Source: Candidatus Latescibacterota bacterium
GTDB lineage: Bacteria; Latescibacterota; UBA2968; GCA-2709665
Assembly (NCBI GenBank): GCA_963667175.2
Contig: CAXXXF010000016.1
Coordinates: 384,001-448,000 of the forward strand
Reading direction: 5' to 3'
Length of the DNA stretch: 64,000 nucleotides
The translations under genes and the position numbers were made by a program. The notes below the pieces were generated by a model. It was not told the DNA's origin and made no database searches. It saw only the letters and a list, made by a program, of their open reading frames with translations. Of this stretch, positions 25,581 to 35,816 are shown piece after piece (position 1 is the stretch's first letter; every line of letters starts with the position of its first letter).

Positions 25581-28379
25581 TCACACCCGAAACACCTTCA
25601 TCACCTCGTCGCCAAGGTGATTGATTACCTTTACCGCGATTCTGCCTGATTTCGGTTTTGCGAATGGCCGGGATGTGTCGCTGTGAAGGGTTTCCCAAGC
25701 TTCCTGGTTGATTTCGGCCTTGAGGGTTGTCTTGAGAGACTTGTACGGATCGTTCGCACCGAGGAAGTAGGCCTGGCGAACGAAGAAGCTCTCCTCGTTG
25801 TAGTCAGTGTCCACAAACCAGCAGGCGATTCCGTCGGCGTTATCGCTTCGGACCTCGCCGGTGTTGGGGTGGAAAACATCAACTCCATTGACTTTGACCT
25901 TGATTTGACCGTCTTCCGCGTCGAGGATGTCGATGTCCGGCTCCCCGAAGATGACAAATAGATTTCCTTTTCCCGTGTTCTTAAGGTCTTCGGCCATGTG
26001 GAGGTCGGCATTCATGCGCGCTTTGAGAACGGGGATTCGGCCAGCTTTGTTGAAGTCCGATGCGTGAGCATCGTAGTTGAAGGCACAGGCGATCAACACG
26101 TCGAAATCAGCATCGGCGGCCTCCCGGGCGGCCTGTACCAGATCGGGGCGGGAGACCGTACCGAATTCGGGCCCAACAAAGATACCAGCGCGTTTCTCCG
26201 AGCCGTATGACGCGTTGCCTTCAGCATACGTCCCCTCGGCGCAGACGAGGTCACCGGGCCAGGGTCTCATCCCAGAGAAATAAATCCGGTCTTCTTTGTG
26301 CGCCTGCTGGACGCCCGCGTTTTTGAGATTATCCAGGATCACCTCAGCGAAGTCCGGCTTTTCTCCGTAGCCGAGTTTCCCCTCGGCGACATTGTCTATC
26401 AATGCATCGTCTTCGTCGACACCGAGTAGTCGGTGCGGCGAGAGACTCTCGACCGTAAACGGTCCCGCTACCCTCACTTTCTTCTTGTCCTCGTACGGCT
26501 TGTCGTAAAGATACTCGGAATCGGCCTTTGCAGTGATCGAAGCGTCAATTTCCTTCTGCCGTGCGATGCGCTGTTCCCAGAAAGCAGTGAGAATCGGCTT
26601 AGTGGCCGGTGGCCAGTCGGGTGGCAGCTCTCGCGGGACCTCCCATTCTTCGAGCGTCCTCGCCTGGCCACCCGTTGCTGACAGCCGTCCGCGGAGTTTC
26701 GCGAGGTTCTCCTCATGTTTCTCCCAGATTACATCGATTTCGGCGTTGTTGGCGATGGACCTGAGCGTGATGTGAGGAACGCGTTCGTACACGAATCCCT
26801 GGCGAACGTCGTTATAAGTGGGCCGCTCCGGGGGAGCTTTGCGGGAGAGCGCGGCTTCCTTCAATTGCCCTTCTCTACTATCTGCAAGCAAATAATACGG
26901 ATAGCGTGCGCCCATGATGCGGGCGCGGGCCAGTGCCAGGGAGACTCGCGAGGTATCGATGGTGATCCAGCGGCGACCCCACTGCTCGGCGACGTAGGCC
27001 GTGGTGCCGGAGCCACAGGTGGGATCGAGGACTAAATCACCCGGGTCGCTCGTCATAAGTATACAGCGTTGGACTACCTTTCGTAGAGTTTGTACAACAT
27101 ACAGCTTTTCGTCACCGAATCCACTAATCCGTGTATCAAGCCACGTGGCATCAAGGCGAAAATAGGGGGCATCATTGAAATAGCGAATATATTCAGGCGT
27201 GTTGCCAAAACGCATAATTCGATTAGCGTTTTGGAGCCGGCACATGCCAGTGTAGTTTGTCTTCCATCCTCCCTTTCGTGGTGCATTTATCTTATAGCCC
27301 TCCATCTCAAACGGAAATATCGTGGATTCGCTCCCAGTCTGAGATTTCAGGTTGAAATGACCAAAAAGCCGATCTCCATTCAAATCATCAGGGTTAGTGA
27401 TCCTTCTGACCTCGCCCTTATTCGACATAGCGAACTTGTACTGTAGTGCGCCCGCCTCGCCTTGCACCCTTTCGCGAAATAAACGACGAAATTTCAGTCG
27501 TGACTTATCTTTTGCGAACCACAAAATATAATCAAAGGTATCGTCAACATACCTTCCACCAAGTCCAGTTGTCTTGGCGAACTTCAAAACGACAATACAG
27601 TTCTCTTCACCGAAGATCTCGTCCATCAATGCTCGCATCCGATGCACGTTATCGTCACCAATCTGCATAAATAGCGACCCACTGTCTATCAGCAAATCCC
27701 GCGCAACTGTCAGCCGATCCCGCAGATACGTCAAATACGAATGAATCCCATCCCGCCATGTATCCCGAAACGCCTTCACCTGTTCCGGTTCGCGAGTGAT
27801 GTGATCGGCCTTGCCGTCCTTGACGTCGCGGCTGGTCGTTGACCACTGGAAGTTGGAGTTGAACTTGATGCCGTAGGGCGGGTCGATGTAGATGCACTGC
27901 ACCTTGCCGCGCAGCCCCTCCCGCTCCGCCAGCGACGCCATTACCTGCAAGCTGTCGCCGAGAATCATTCGATTCGACCAATTGGCGTCGTGTTGGTAGA
28001 ACTCCGTCTGGGCGTCAGCGCTCGGCAAACCATTGAAATCCGCGAAAAGGTCGGCTTGTGCGCCGTCGCCGTTCTCCTGCTCCGCTTCCGTCTGCCTAGT
28101 GCGCTGCCGCAGGTCGTCGATCAATACCTTCGGTTGTACCTTCTCTTGGATAAAAAGCGGTGGCGCTTGCACGACAAGATCAGACCAATTCTGTTCATCC
28201 TTCCCCCGCCAGACAAGCTGGGGGTCAAGATCCCGGTTGCGACGCGCGTACGCGACCTGGATCGGATTGCGGTCGTCTTCCGCCATCACCGCCTGATACT
28301 CAGCCGTGGGAATATTCTTCCGCGATGCGTCCTGGTGCCGCAGGGTTTCGACAGTCTTGGTCGATTTTCGTTTCGCCAT
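25581..28379 (-). CDS. mod: type III-like R-M N6-adenine DNA methyltransferase (Mod)
   Basis: IYIDPPY, LDPTCGSGTT (beta-class order); downstream of res. Confidence 0.93.
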   Translation of the reverse strand: MAKRKSTKTVETLRHQDASRKNIPTAEYQAVMAEDDRNPIQVAYARRNRDLDPQLVWRGKDEQNWSDLVVQAPPLFIQEKVQPKVLIDDLRQRTRQTEAEQENGDGAQADLFADFNGLPSADAQTEFYQHDANWSNRMILGDSLQVMASLAEREGLRGKVQCIYIDPPYGIKFNSNFQWSTTSRDVKDGKADHITREPEQVKAFRDTWRDGIHSYLTYLRDRLTVARDLLIDSGSLFMQIGDDNVHRMRALMDEIFGEENCIVVLKFAKTTGLGGRYVDDTFDYILWFAKDKSRLKFRRLFRERVQGEAGALQYKFAMSNKGEVRRITNPDDLNGDRLFGHFNLKSQTGSESTIFPFEMEGYKINAPRKGGWKTNYTGMCRLQNANRIMRFGNTPEYIRYFNDAPYFRLDATWLDTRISGFGDEKLYVVQTLRKVVQRCILMTSDPGDLVLDPTCGSGTTAYVAEQWGRRWITIDTSRVSLALARARIMGARYPYYLLADSREGQLKEAALSRKAPPERPTYNDVRQGFVYERVPHITLRSIANNAEIDVIWEKHEENLAKLRGRLSATGGQARTLEEWEVPRELPPDWPPATKPILTAFWEQRIARQKEIDASITAKADSEYLYDKPYEDKKKVRVAGPFTVESLSPHRLLGVDEDDALIDNVAEGKLGYGEKPDFAEVILDNLKNAGVQQAHKEDRIYFSGMRPWPGDLVCAEGTYAEGNASYGSEKRAGIFVGPEFGTVSRPDLVQAAREAADADFDVLIACAFNYDAHASDFNKAGRIPVLKARMNADLHMAEDLKNTGKGNLFVIFGEPDIDILDAEDGQIKVKVNGVDVFHPNTGEVRSDNADGIACWFVDTDYNEESFFVRQAYFLGANDPYKSLKTTLKAEINQEAWETLHSDTSRPFAKPKSGRIAVKVINHLGDEVMKVFRV

Positions 28380-28475
28380 TTATACGGAATCCTCGTTGGT
28401 CGTGTTCAACAGGTTTCGCAACGTCGGCAGGAGGAACGGGATGGCATCTTGGATCATAGCCCAGATCAGATTGTC
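28380..28475 (-). pseudogene. HepT/DUF86 toxin C-terminal relic
   Basis: DNLIWAMIQDAIPFLLPTLRNLL* abutting the mod ATG. Confidence 0.6.
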
Positions 28476-28533
28476 CCTTCCACTCAGGTCGGCATCTGAA
28501 CGCGCCGGAGACTCAGGCAAGCACCACCAGTGT

Positions 28534-29307
28534 CTAAATATCCTTTATCATCTTCTCAATAATATCGTAGTCTCGATTGGGTGCAACGAAAGAATAGCCG
28601 GAAAAAATCACTAAAATTAAACGCGATAGGACTTTTTGATCCTCGTCATTCTTGCCCGTCGTTTCGAAGCGTGTAAGATAAGATTCCAATGCCTTGAAGA
28701 AATCGAATACCTCTTGATCTGCGATTGGATAATTCTGAAGGATAAATTTGATTTGGTCCTTTAGTATCTGCAAATTCAAAACAATCTCGCGAAACTCTGG
28801 GACATCTTCATTGATATAGTTGAGAAATGCGTAATATCCTTCATCGGCATTTTCACAGCCATTTAGGAAAACGTCTCGGAAGCCGTCAATTGTCAAGAGT
28901 TTCTGTATAGTTGGGTCATCGTTATGAAGATCTTTCATTCCACCATTGCTGCTAGCAGAAATTATCTCGGATAGAATATCGCGCTTGATCCTTTCGTAAT
29001 GTTTTACAGAGTTAGACCTGATTATATTTCGTTTCCTTCTTTCCGGAATGAAAACCACCATAAAATAGAAAATACATGACACAATGAATCCAACCAGAAA
29101 TTGGGGAAATATCGCATAGAATCCTTCCCACCCAGCTCGATCACTTAACTGTCCTTTGATCCATTTATACTCAATTGAAATAATCAAAACGTACACAATG
29201 AGAATGAAAGAAAACCAGAGCCAAACTCTTGAAAAAGCGCGCGATAAGTAAGTCAATACACGTAGAAGCGTCACACCCATCCTTCGTAACCTTCCTTTAT
29301 CAGACAT
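28534..29307 (-). CDS. AT-rich hypothetical protein with two N-terminal TM segments
   Basis: hydrophobic VWLWFSFILIVYVLII and FLVGFIVSCIFYFMVVFI; 257-aa ORF. Confidence 0.7.
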   Translation of the reverse strand: MSDKGRLRRMGVTLLRVLTYLSRAFSRVWLWFSFILIVYVLIISIEYKWIKGQLSDRAGWEGFYAIFPQFLVGFIVSCIFYFMVVFIPERRKRNIIRSNSVKHYERIKRDILSEIISASSNGGMKDLHNDDPTIQKLLTIDGFRDVFLNGCENADEGYYAFLNYINEDVPEFREIVLNLQILKDQIKFILQNYPIADQEVFDFFKALESYLTRFETTGKNDEDQKVLSRLILVIFSGYSFVAPNRDYDIIEKMIKDI

Positions 29308-29589
29308 TGATCACCTCCCGTTCCACGTAGGGGCGTATCTCCATCCGTAGATCCTGGCGGGTTGCCAAATCCACCGGTCGCCCCAACTGATCTTCCAGGT
29401 ATGCCTGAGCGCCGAAATAAGTTCCCAATCTGGCGGCACGCCAAACCGCACCAGGACATCTACGTCGCTGTCCCCTGCGGCCTGGTCTCGGGCAAAGGAG
29501 CCGAAGAGGGCCAGCTCGGTGACGCCAAAACGCTGCCCAAGGGTCGCCTTGTGCGCTCGGAGCACGCCCAGGACTTCATCTCTCGTCAT
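29300..29589 (-). pseudogene. MntA-type minimal nucleotidyltransferase antitoxin, frameshifted
   Basis: LALFGSFARD...SDVDVLV; the other frame ends VEREVINV*. Confidence 0.75.
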
Positions 29590-29721
29590 CGGATCTCTCT
29601 GGGGTCCGGAGGTTCGTATGCCAACAGCGCCGACTTTCGCTGTCGCTATTCCGTGGCATTGCCTCTCCCTCCGGGTACGTCTCAATTGGCCAGCTTCTTC
29701 GCATGTATCCGCTCTCGGATC

Positions 29722-30088
29722 CTATTTTACGGTTCCCTCACCTGGCTGAAACCGACCGATCATCTCACAAAAGGCCGCTTCCACTTTGGACTCGAAGTCC
29801 GCCTGCATTTCATAGACGTCGGTGAACTCTGCGAACGCCCACCGCCCGTAGTTCTCGTGGTTGTTCACGCCAGGCACCCAGTAGGTGTCCATAGTGGACT
29901 TCTTCTGTTTGGCGTCCTCACCACGATAGCCCTTGATTTCCACGATGAGGTGCAGAGGATCATCTTCACCCCGTCCGTCGTCAACCATGACGATAAAGTC
30001 GGGGATGTACGTCCGTGTTGTCGAACCATGTCTGTAGGGTGCTTCGAGCCCAAGATTGTGGTACTTAACGTAGGCTCGGACGCGAGGA
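29722..30088 (-). pseudogene. duplicated 3' end of res (nuclease domain)
   Basis: PRVRAYVK...YIPDF...VEIKGYRGEDAKQKK...WAFAEF nearly identical to res 31436-31810. Confidence 0.92.
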
Positions 30089-30102
30089 CAGGTCAACCCT
30101 CT

Positions 30103-30312
30103 TCATGTTATCACGACCTTCTCCTCATGATAGTCCTCGCCCGCCGCATCCAAAGCTTCGCGCCGGTTGAATTCCAATGCCTCGGAGAGGGTTTCCACGA
30201 GGCTCTGCCTTAATTCTTCATGGGTACGTTCCTGGCAATTCACGCCAGGCACTTCCTCAATCCAGCCAATCCACCACTCACCTCTGCGTTTCACGACGGC
30301 TGTGTATTCCAT
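30103..30312 (-). CDS. hicB: HicB-family antitoxin, followed by a 6-codon hicA stub (MKRVDL)
   Basis: WWIGWIEEVPGVNCQERT.EEL..SL.E.L; ATGA overlap into a truncated hicA. Confidence 0.8.
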   Translation of the reverse strand: MEYTAVVKRRGEWWIGWIEEVPGVNCQERTHEELRQSLVETLSEALEFNRREALDAAGEDYHEEKVVIT

Positions 30313-30329
30313 GTTCACCTCGTTGTCTT

Positions 30330-30454
30330 GAAGGAAAGGCAACCTTCGACGGCGTCATAGAGGTTTGTCAGAAACTCCCCAAAGGACTCACCTTGCGTCG
30401 CACACCCAGGGCCGGGGGGTACTTGCACCGATGGATCACAAATTTCAATTTCAT
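30330..30454 (-). pseudogene. second HicB-like relic with internal deletion
   Basis: MKLKFVIH...GCATQGESFGEFLTNLYDAVEGCLS. Confidence 0.6.
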
Positions 30455-30531
30455 CGTTACCTCATCGACCAGTTGGAGGTCGCTGGTCGCCTCAATCATC
30501 ACGCTACCCCTTCCGCCGAAGGTGCAGCAGT

Positions 30532-31311
30532 TCACGCCGCAACACGTTGCAGGACCTTCCGATTGAAGTCTTCTCGGGAAGCCAGAGATGATATCATATC
30601 GCCGCCGACGTCGGAGAGTCTCGCCAGATCCCTCCTGGGGATCTCCGCCTGATCTTCGAACACGAGAATGGACTCGAAGTGGAGGTCGTGCCGGTGGAAA
30701 TGTGAGAGCATGATCGTCGTTAGACGTGCCTTGTCACGGTTTGGTACACCGTAGAGGAACAAAGGAACGTCCCCCTTGCCCTCGATGCGGTAGTCCACGG
30801 GGTAGACCTCGGCGTTTGGTACCCGCGGTTGGAAGTCCCGTTCGATCTTGGCTTCGTCCACCATGCTGAATAGGAGATCGGTCAAGTCGTCGTAGAACGT
30901 GGAACCGACGTTCGAGCGGGACAGCATCGTCAGGTCGTAGACCCTGGTCAGCGCCTGTCCAAAGGAAAAGATGGCTTCCGGCAGCCGTTCAGGTGACGTC
31001 TCCAGCGAAAAGGCCCCGCCGTCCCATTGAAGTCCGGTTTCACCCATGATGCGCTCAAGGAGCATCCCCCGCGTTCCATCCAGAAATGCGTCCACGTCAT
31101 GCTCGTAGCTGATGTGCATGAGTGTGTGTCCGCGATCCGACAGCCGGAACCCGCCCGACCCCACTTCGGCAAGGTGAATCGGATAGCGGTCTCCATCGGG
31201 AAACTCGAAACGCGTGCGAAGCATTAACGCTCCGTCAGAGCGTTGTTCGACTCCTACGTCTTCGCAGAGACGTTTGCATAATAGCTCTCGAAGCGCGTCG
31301 AGGTCGATCAT
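30532..31311 (-). CDS. DUF1828-family protein
   Basis: T.F.FPDGD...LSD.G.T pattern, F.QAL.RV; C-terminal restriction-endonuclease-like YPVDY. Confidence 0.7.
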   Translation of the reverse strand: MIDLDALRELLCKRLCEDVGVEQRSDGALMLRTRFEFPDGDRYPIHLAEVGSGGFRLSDRGHTLMHISYEHDVDAFLDGTRGMLLERIMGETGLQWDGGAFSLETSPERLPEAIFSFGQALTRVYDLTMLSRSNVGSTFYDDLTDLLFSMVDEAKIERDFQPRVPNAEVYPVDYRIEGKGDVPLFLYGVPNRDKARLTTIMLSHFHRHDLHFESILVFEDQAEIPRRDLARLSDVGGDMISSLASREDFNRKVLQRVAA

Positions 31312-31435
31312 TAGAGCATCCGCTTCGGCATTGACCGGAGTCCTGCAAGCTCCTCGTCGGTATATAGCTTGGTATTCACGTGCAATCGCCGGCAGGCTCA
31401 TTCGAGTGATGACCCTACCTCGCCTCCCTTTTTGC

Positions 31436-34400
31436 TCAGGCTTCGACCGCCTGCTGGCCGAATCTCAGTATTTCGTTCCGGATCATTTCATCAAACGTCG
31501 CTTCCACTTTGGACTCGAAGTCCGCCTGTATTTCATACACGTCGGTGAACTCCGCGAACGCCCATCGCCCGTAGTTCTCGTGGTTGTTCACGCCAGGGAC
31601 CCAGTAGGTGTCCATAGTGGTCTTCTTCTGCTTGGCGTCCTCGCCTCGGTAGCCTTTGATTTCCACGATGAGGCGCAGGGGATCATCTTCACCCCGTCCG
31701 TCGTCAACGACGACGATAAAGTCTGGGATGTACGTCCGGGTTATCGAACCATGCCTGTAGGGTACTTCGAGTCCCAGATTGTGATTCTTAACGTAGGCTC
31801 GGACGCGCGGATGGGATTCGGCAACGCGGCAGAACTCCGCCTCCCAGTCGCTGTCCAGTACCACCCAATTGATATGGCAACGACGGGGGTCCGTTTGATA
31901 TCGCCTCGTTTTGGTCGTATTGAAATTCACCTGGGCGGTCGAACCGAACGGGTTGTAGGGATCGAGCACGGCCTTTACCGGACGACTGCCGATTTGCGCC
32001 TGTGTGATGGCCGCCGTGATTCGGTTGCACGCGTCGTCGGCAAGTGCCTGGTACATCAATTGGGCGGGATAGGTACCTCCCTTGCAGACAAGGCAGTTAT
32101 CCAACCATTTCCTTGTGATGCTCTTCAGTTGTCCGAAGAGATGGAGTTTCGGTTCGTCTCCAGGGTCCCGCCATTTTGTATACAATAGCCTCTGGGTAAG
32201 GTGGAATAAGAGTGTCGATTGCCGAAGATCGTTTGTATGGATCAGGTTGAGATCCACGCCTTCGCCAATGATCCCCTGATTGGTGGTGATGGACGGCCCG
32301 ATCAGATCCGGCGTCAGTTCCAGAACGGAGTCTTCGTTGAACTCGGCCGTAAGCCTCTCTTCAGGCAATTCCACGCGATATCCGGCCACCCGGGGGAATC
32401 GTATCTCGAGTGCGTCCCTCTCCGGTCGCATCGCCCGTACCTGTACAGTTTCTCGCGGGGCAGGTGGAGCAACCACGACAGGTTTGGCGGTAAAGTCGAA
32501 TGGTATGCCCAATACGTCAGCATACTCCACGTCGAACAAACCGATGTCATTGAGATCGTAGGACTGCCGGCGCAAGGCGCGGCCGACAACCTGCTCACAG
32601 AGCAACTGGGTGCCGAATGCGCGGACTCCCAGAACGTGGCTGACGTTGTTCGCGTCCCAGCCTTCGGTGAGCATGGACACCGAAACCACACAGCGAATGG
32701 AATCCCCGAGCCGGCCGGCCTTGCCGACCGTGTTCATGACCTCACGGAGAAGCTCCTGGTCGGTGATCTTCTCAGCCTGTTGTCGATCACCGGTACGCTC
32801 AATGATCTCTCGCCTGAATCGGTCGATTTCATCGGCGGCCATCTTCCGGAAACTCGTGTCCAATGCGTCGCCGGACTCCAACTGCTCGCTGTCTATAAGT
32901 AAAGTACGTGGCCGAGCGAACTTTTCTCCGTATTCGTCGAAGTTGCGAAACAGATCGAGGCGTCCCTGAACAAAGTTCTCCGAGCCGTCTTCTGTTTCGC
33001 GATGGAATCCGGAGATGTAGTCGTAAACCAGCTTGGAGGTCGACGTATTGTTGCAGACGACGATAAAACACGGCGGAACGCTTATGCCCGCCTTCTGCAT
33101 CACTTCATAGGTCTTCTTGTAATGCCCGTAAAGCGCCTCCAGCGCTGTCTGTAGTTCAACGGGAAGGCTCAGCGGATCGAGATGCTTGCTCTTGCCGCGT
33201 CCCTTCTTTGGCATGGCAGGACGAATGTGTTCCCAGAGGTTCCTGAACTTGGGCATGTCCCCGCCGGGGATGTTGTCCGCTACGGGCACGCGGGGAAGCT
33301 TGACAATACCGCTTTCAATAGCGTCCATCAGCGAAAAGTCGCACATTGTCCATGGGAACAGTGTCCCTTCCGCATATCCGGAACCGCGCAAGAAGAACGG
33401 CGTTGCGGATAGATCCATAACGCGGCTGATGCCAAGCTTTGTGTCGACCGTCTCCAGTCCAGAAATCCACAGACGCGCGGCTTCCGTGTTCTTCTCGGCT
33501 TCCTTCCGATCGTCACCCTTGAGCGTGCCTTCCTCCCCATCCCCCGGCATTTCGCGGTAGCAGTGATGGGCTTCGTCATTCAGAACGATGACATTCTTGA
33601 TCCCCATCAGTTCGGGCATCACCCGCTGGAGCATCTGACCTTCTGACTCCAGCGTCGCCAATGAGTCGCCACGGCCTTGAAGCAATCGACGACCACCCCT
33701 GGATAGGTCAAGGCGCTCCCGCAACTTGAACGCGTGGTAATTCGTGATGACGATCTTCGCCTGTTGAAGATCCGGCAGCATGTCGCCAGGGGCCAATTCA
33801 CGTTGTTTATAGTAGCTGTCCGGATCGTTGGGTTGCAACACACGCAGCCGATCCTTGATCGTGATGCCGGGGGTGACGACGAGGAATCCACGCGTAAATC
33901 GCCTGCTCTGTGGTCGGCGTACGGCGTTGATGGTCTGCCAGGCGATCAACATTGCCATGACCGTGGTCTTCCCGGCGCCGGTCGCCAGTTTTAACGCCAG
34001 TCGCTGTAATCCAGTATTCGCTTCTTTGTTGGCGCCGGCCAAATGGTCGAGGAATCTCCTGCCGGTCGCACCGGCTTGCGGGGCAACTTCCGTCAGCCAG
34101 ATGACCGTCTCCACAGCTTCGATCTGACAAAAGAATGGCTTAATATCGATGAACTGATGATGCCGCCAGTGCTCGAGTAGACGGGCGGTCTCAGGGGACA
34201 CCTGCCATTGTCTTGGATTCGGCAGTTTTCGCCATCGGTCGACCTGAAGACGAACGCCGTTGATAATTTCGGTTAAATCGTATTGCTGGCCTTCTGTCCC
34301 AAGTTTCCTGGCGGCCTCGTCGAAGACCATCGCCGTTTGATCCGTTGAAGATCCCTTTTGTTTTTTCGGCAATGGGATGGGCGAAATAAACTCGGCCCGC

Positions 34401-34516
34401 CTTCGACTTTCGACGACGTTCTGCGTGGGCTGGCCGGTCTCATCCAGTTCCCAGTGTCTGCTCGGGTACTCGTACGGCGAGTTGAGTATCGGTCGTTCGA
34501 AGAATGGGTCGCTCAA
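31436..34516 (-). CDS. res: type III-like restriction subunit (SF2 helicase + PD-(D/E)XK nuclease)
   Basis: ATGAGKT, DEAHH, SATP, MLTEGWD, QVVGRALR, YIPDF...VEIKG; TTG start. Confidence 0.92.
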   Translation of the reverse strand: MSDPFFERPILNSPYEYPSRHWELDETGQPTQNVVESRRRAEFISPIPLPKKQKGSSTDQTAMVFDEAARKLGTEGQQYDLTEIINGVRLQVDRWRKLPNPRQWQVSPETARLLEHWRHHQFIDIKPFFCQIEAVETVIWLTEVAPQAGATGRRFLDHLAGANKEANTGLQRLALKLATGAGKTTVMAMLIAWQTINAVRRPQSRRFTRGFLVVTPGITIKDRLRVLQPNDPDSYYKQRELAPGDMLPDLQQAKIVITNYHAFKLRERLDLSRGGRRLLQGRGDSLATLESEGQMLQRVMPELMGIKNVIVLNDEAHHCYREMPGDGEEGTLKGDDRKEAEKNTEAARLWISGLETVDTKLGISRVMDLSATPFFLRGSGYAEGTLFPWTMCDFSLMDAIESGIVKLPRVPVADNIPGGDMPKFRNLWEHIRPAMPKKGRGKSKHLDPLSLPVELQTALEALYGHYKKTYEVMQKAGISVPPCFIVVCNNTSTSKLVYDYISGFHRETEDGSENFVQGRLDLFRNFDEYGEKFARPRTLLIDSEQLESGDALDTSFRKMAADEIDRFRREIIERTGDRQQAEKITDQELLREVMNTVGKAGRLGDSIRCVVSVSMLTEGWDANNVSHVLGVRAFGTQLLCEQVVGRALRRQSYDLNDIGLFDVEYADVLGIPFDFTAKPVVVAPPAPRETVQVRAMRPERDALEIRFPRVAGYRVELPEERLTAEFNEDSVLELTPDLIGPSITTNQGIIGEGVDLNLIHTNDLRQSTLLFHLTQRLLYTKWRDPGDEPKLHLFGQLKSITRKWLDNCLVCKGGTYPAQLMYQALADDACNRITAAITQAQIGSRPVKAVLDPYNPFGSTAQVNFNTTKTRRYQTDPRRCHINWVVLDSDWEAEFCRVAESHPRVRAYVKNHNLGLEVPYRHGSITRTYIPDFIVVVDDGRGEDDPLRLIVEIKGYRGEDAKQKKTTMDTYWVPGVNNHENYGRWAFAEFTDVYEIQADFESKVEATFDEMIRNEILRFGQQAVEA

Positions 34517-34664
34517 ATCAATGCACTCCTATCGTAACCAAATCCCGTTGTTCCATGTTGATCGTATTACGGGGAGCACCGTATTGTTTACATCCTCCCA
34601 TTCTTCTGTGGTGGGGCCTGGATGTCGACGATTTGCTGCTTCTGAAAATAAATGGAAGCTGACA

Positions 34665-35425
<761 letters not shown>

Positions 35426-35816
35426 ACTGTTCTTCCTGACCACTGGCCACTGTCCACTATTTACTGCTCCTGGTAATCAGTGGTACAGGCGCCGAATTCC
35501 TGGAAGGCCGTTTCTGTGTTGCACCAAATCTCCAACTGCGACGAAAGTAGAAATGACACCAATAATTGCGTCTCGTGTCAAGGAAAACCTGCATCTTCCC
35601 GCCATTCGCAGACACCGCCACGGACGGGAGACGAATCTGACGAATCTCGGATTTTTTTTGCCTGCCCGCCGATTGCTGACAGGCAACTTCCCACCGTATC
35701 AGGCGTTATAAGCCCATGTGGGACGTTCGCTCTTGAGAGACGGAAAACGTATTGCAAATATAGGCACAGACGATTGACCCGTGCACATCTTTCCACGCGC
35801 GGCCACCGAGGTTTTC

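Noticed and set aside
25581-28379. Phase-variable mod (phasevarion)
   Set aside because: No simple-sequence repeat tract seen in or upstream of the ORF.
35426-35800. attR duplicate of the tRNA 3' end or integrase at the island border
   Set aside because: No match to the tRNA 3' end and no recombinase ORF seen.
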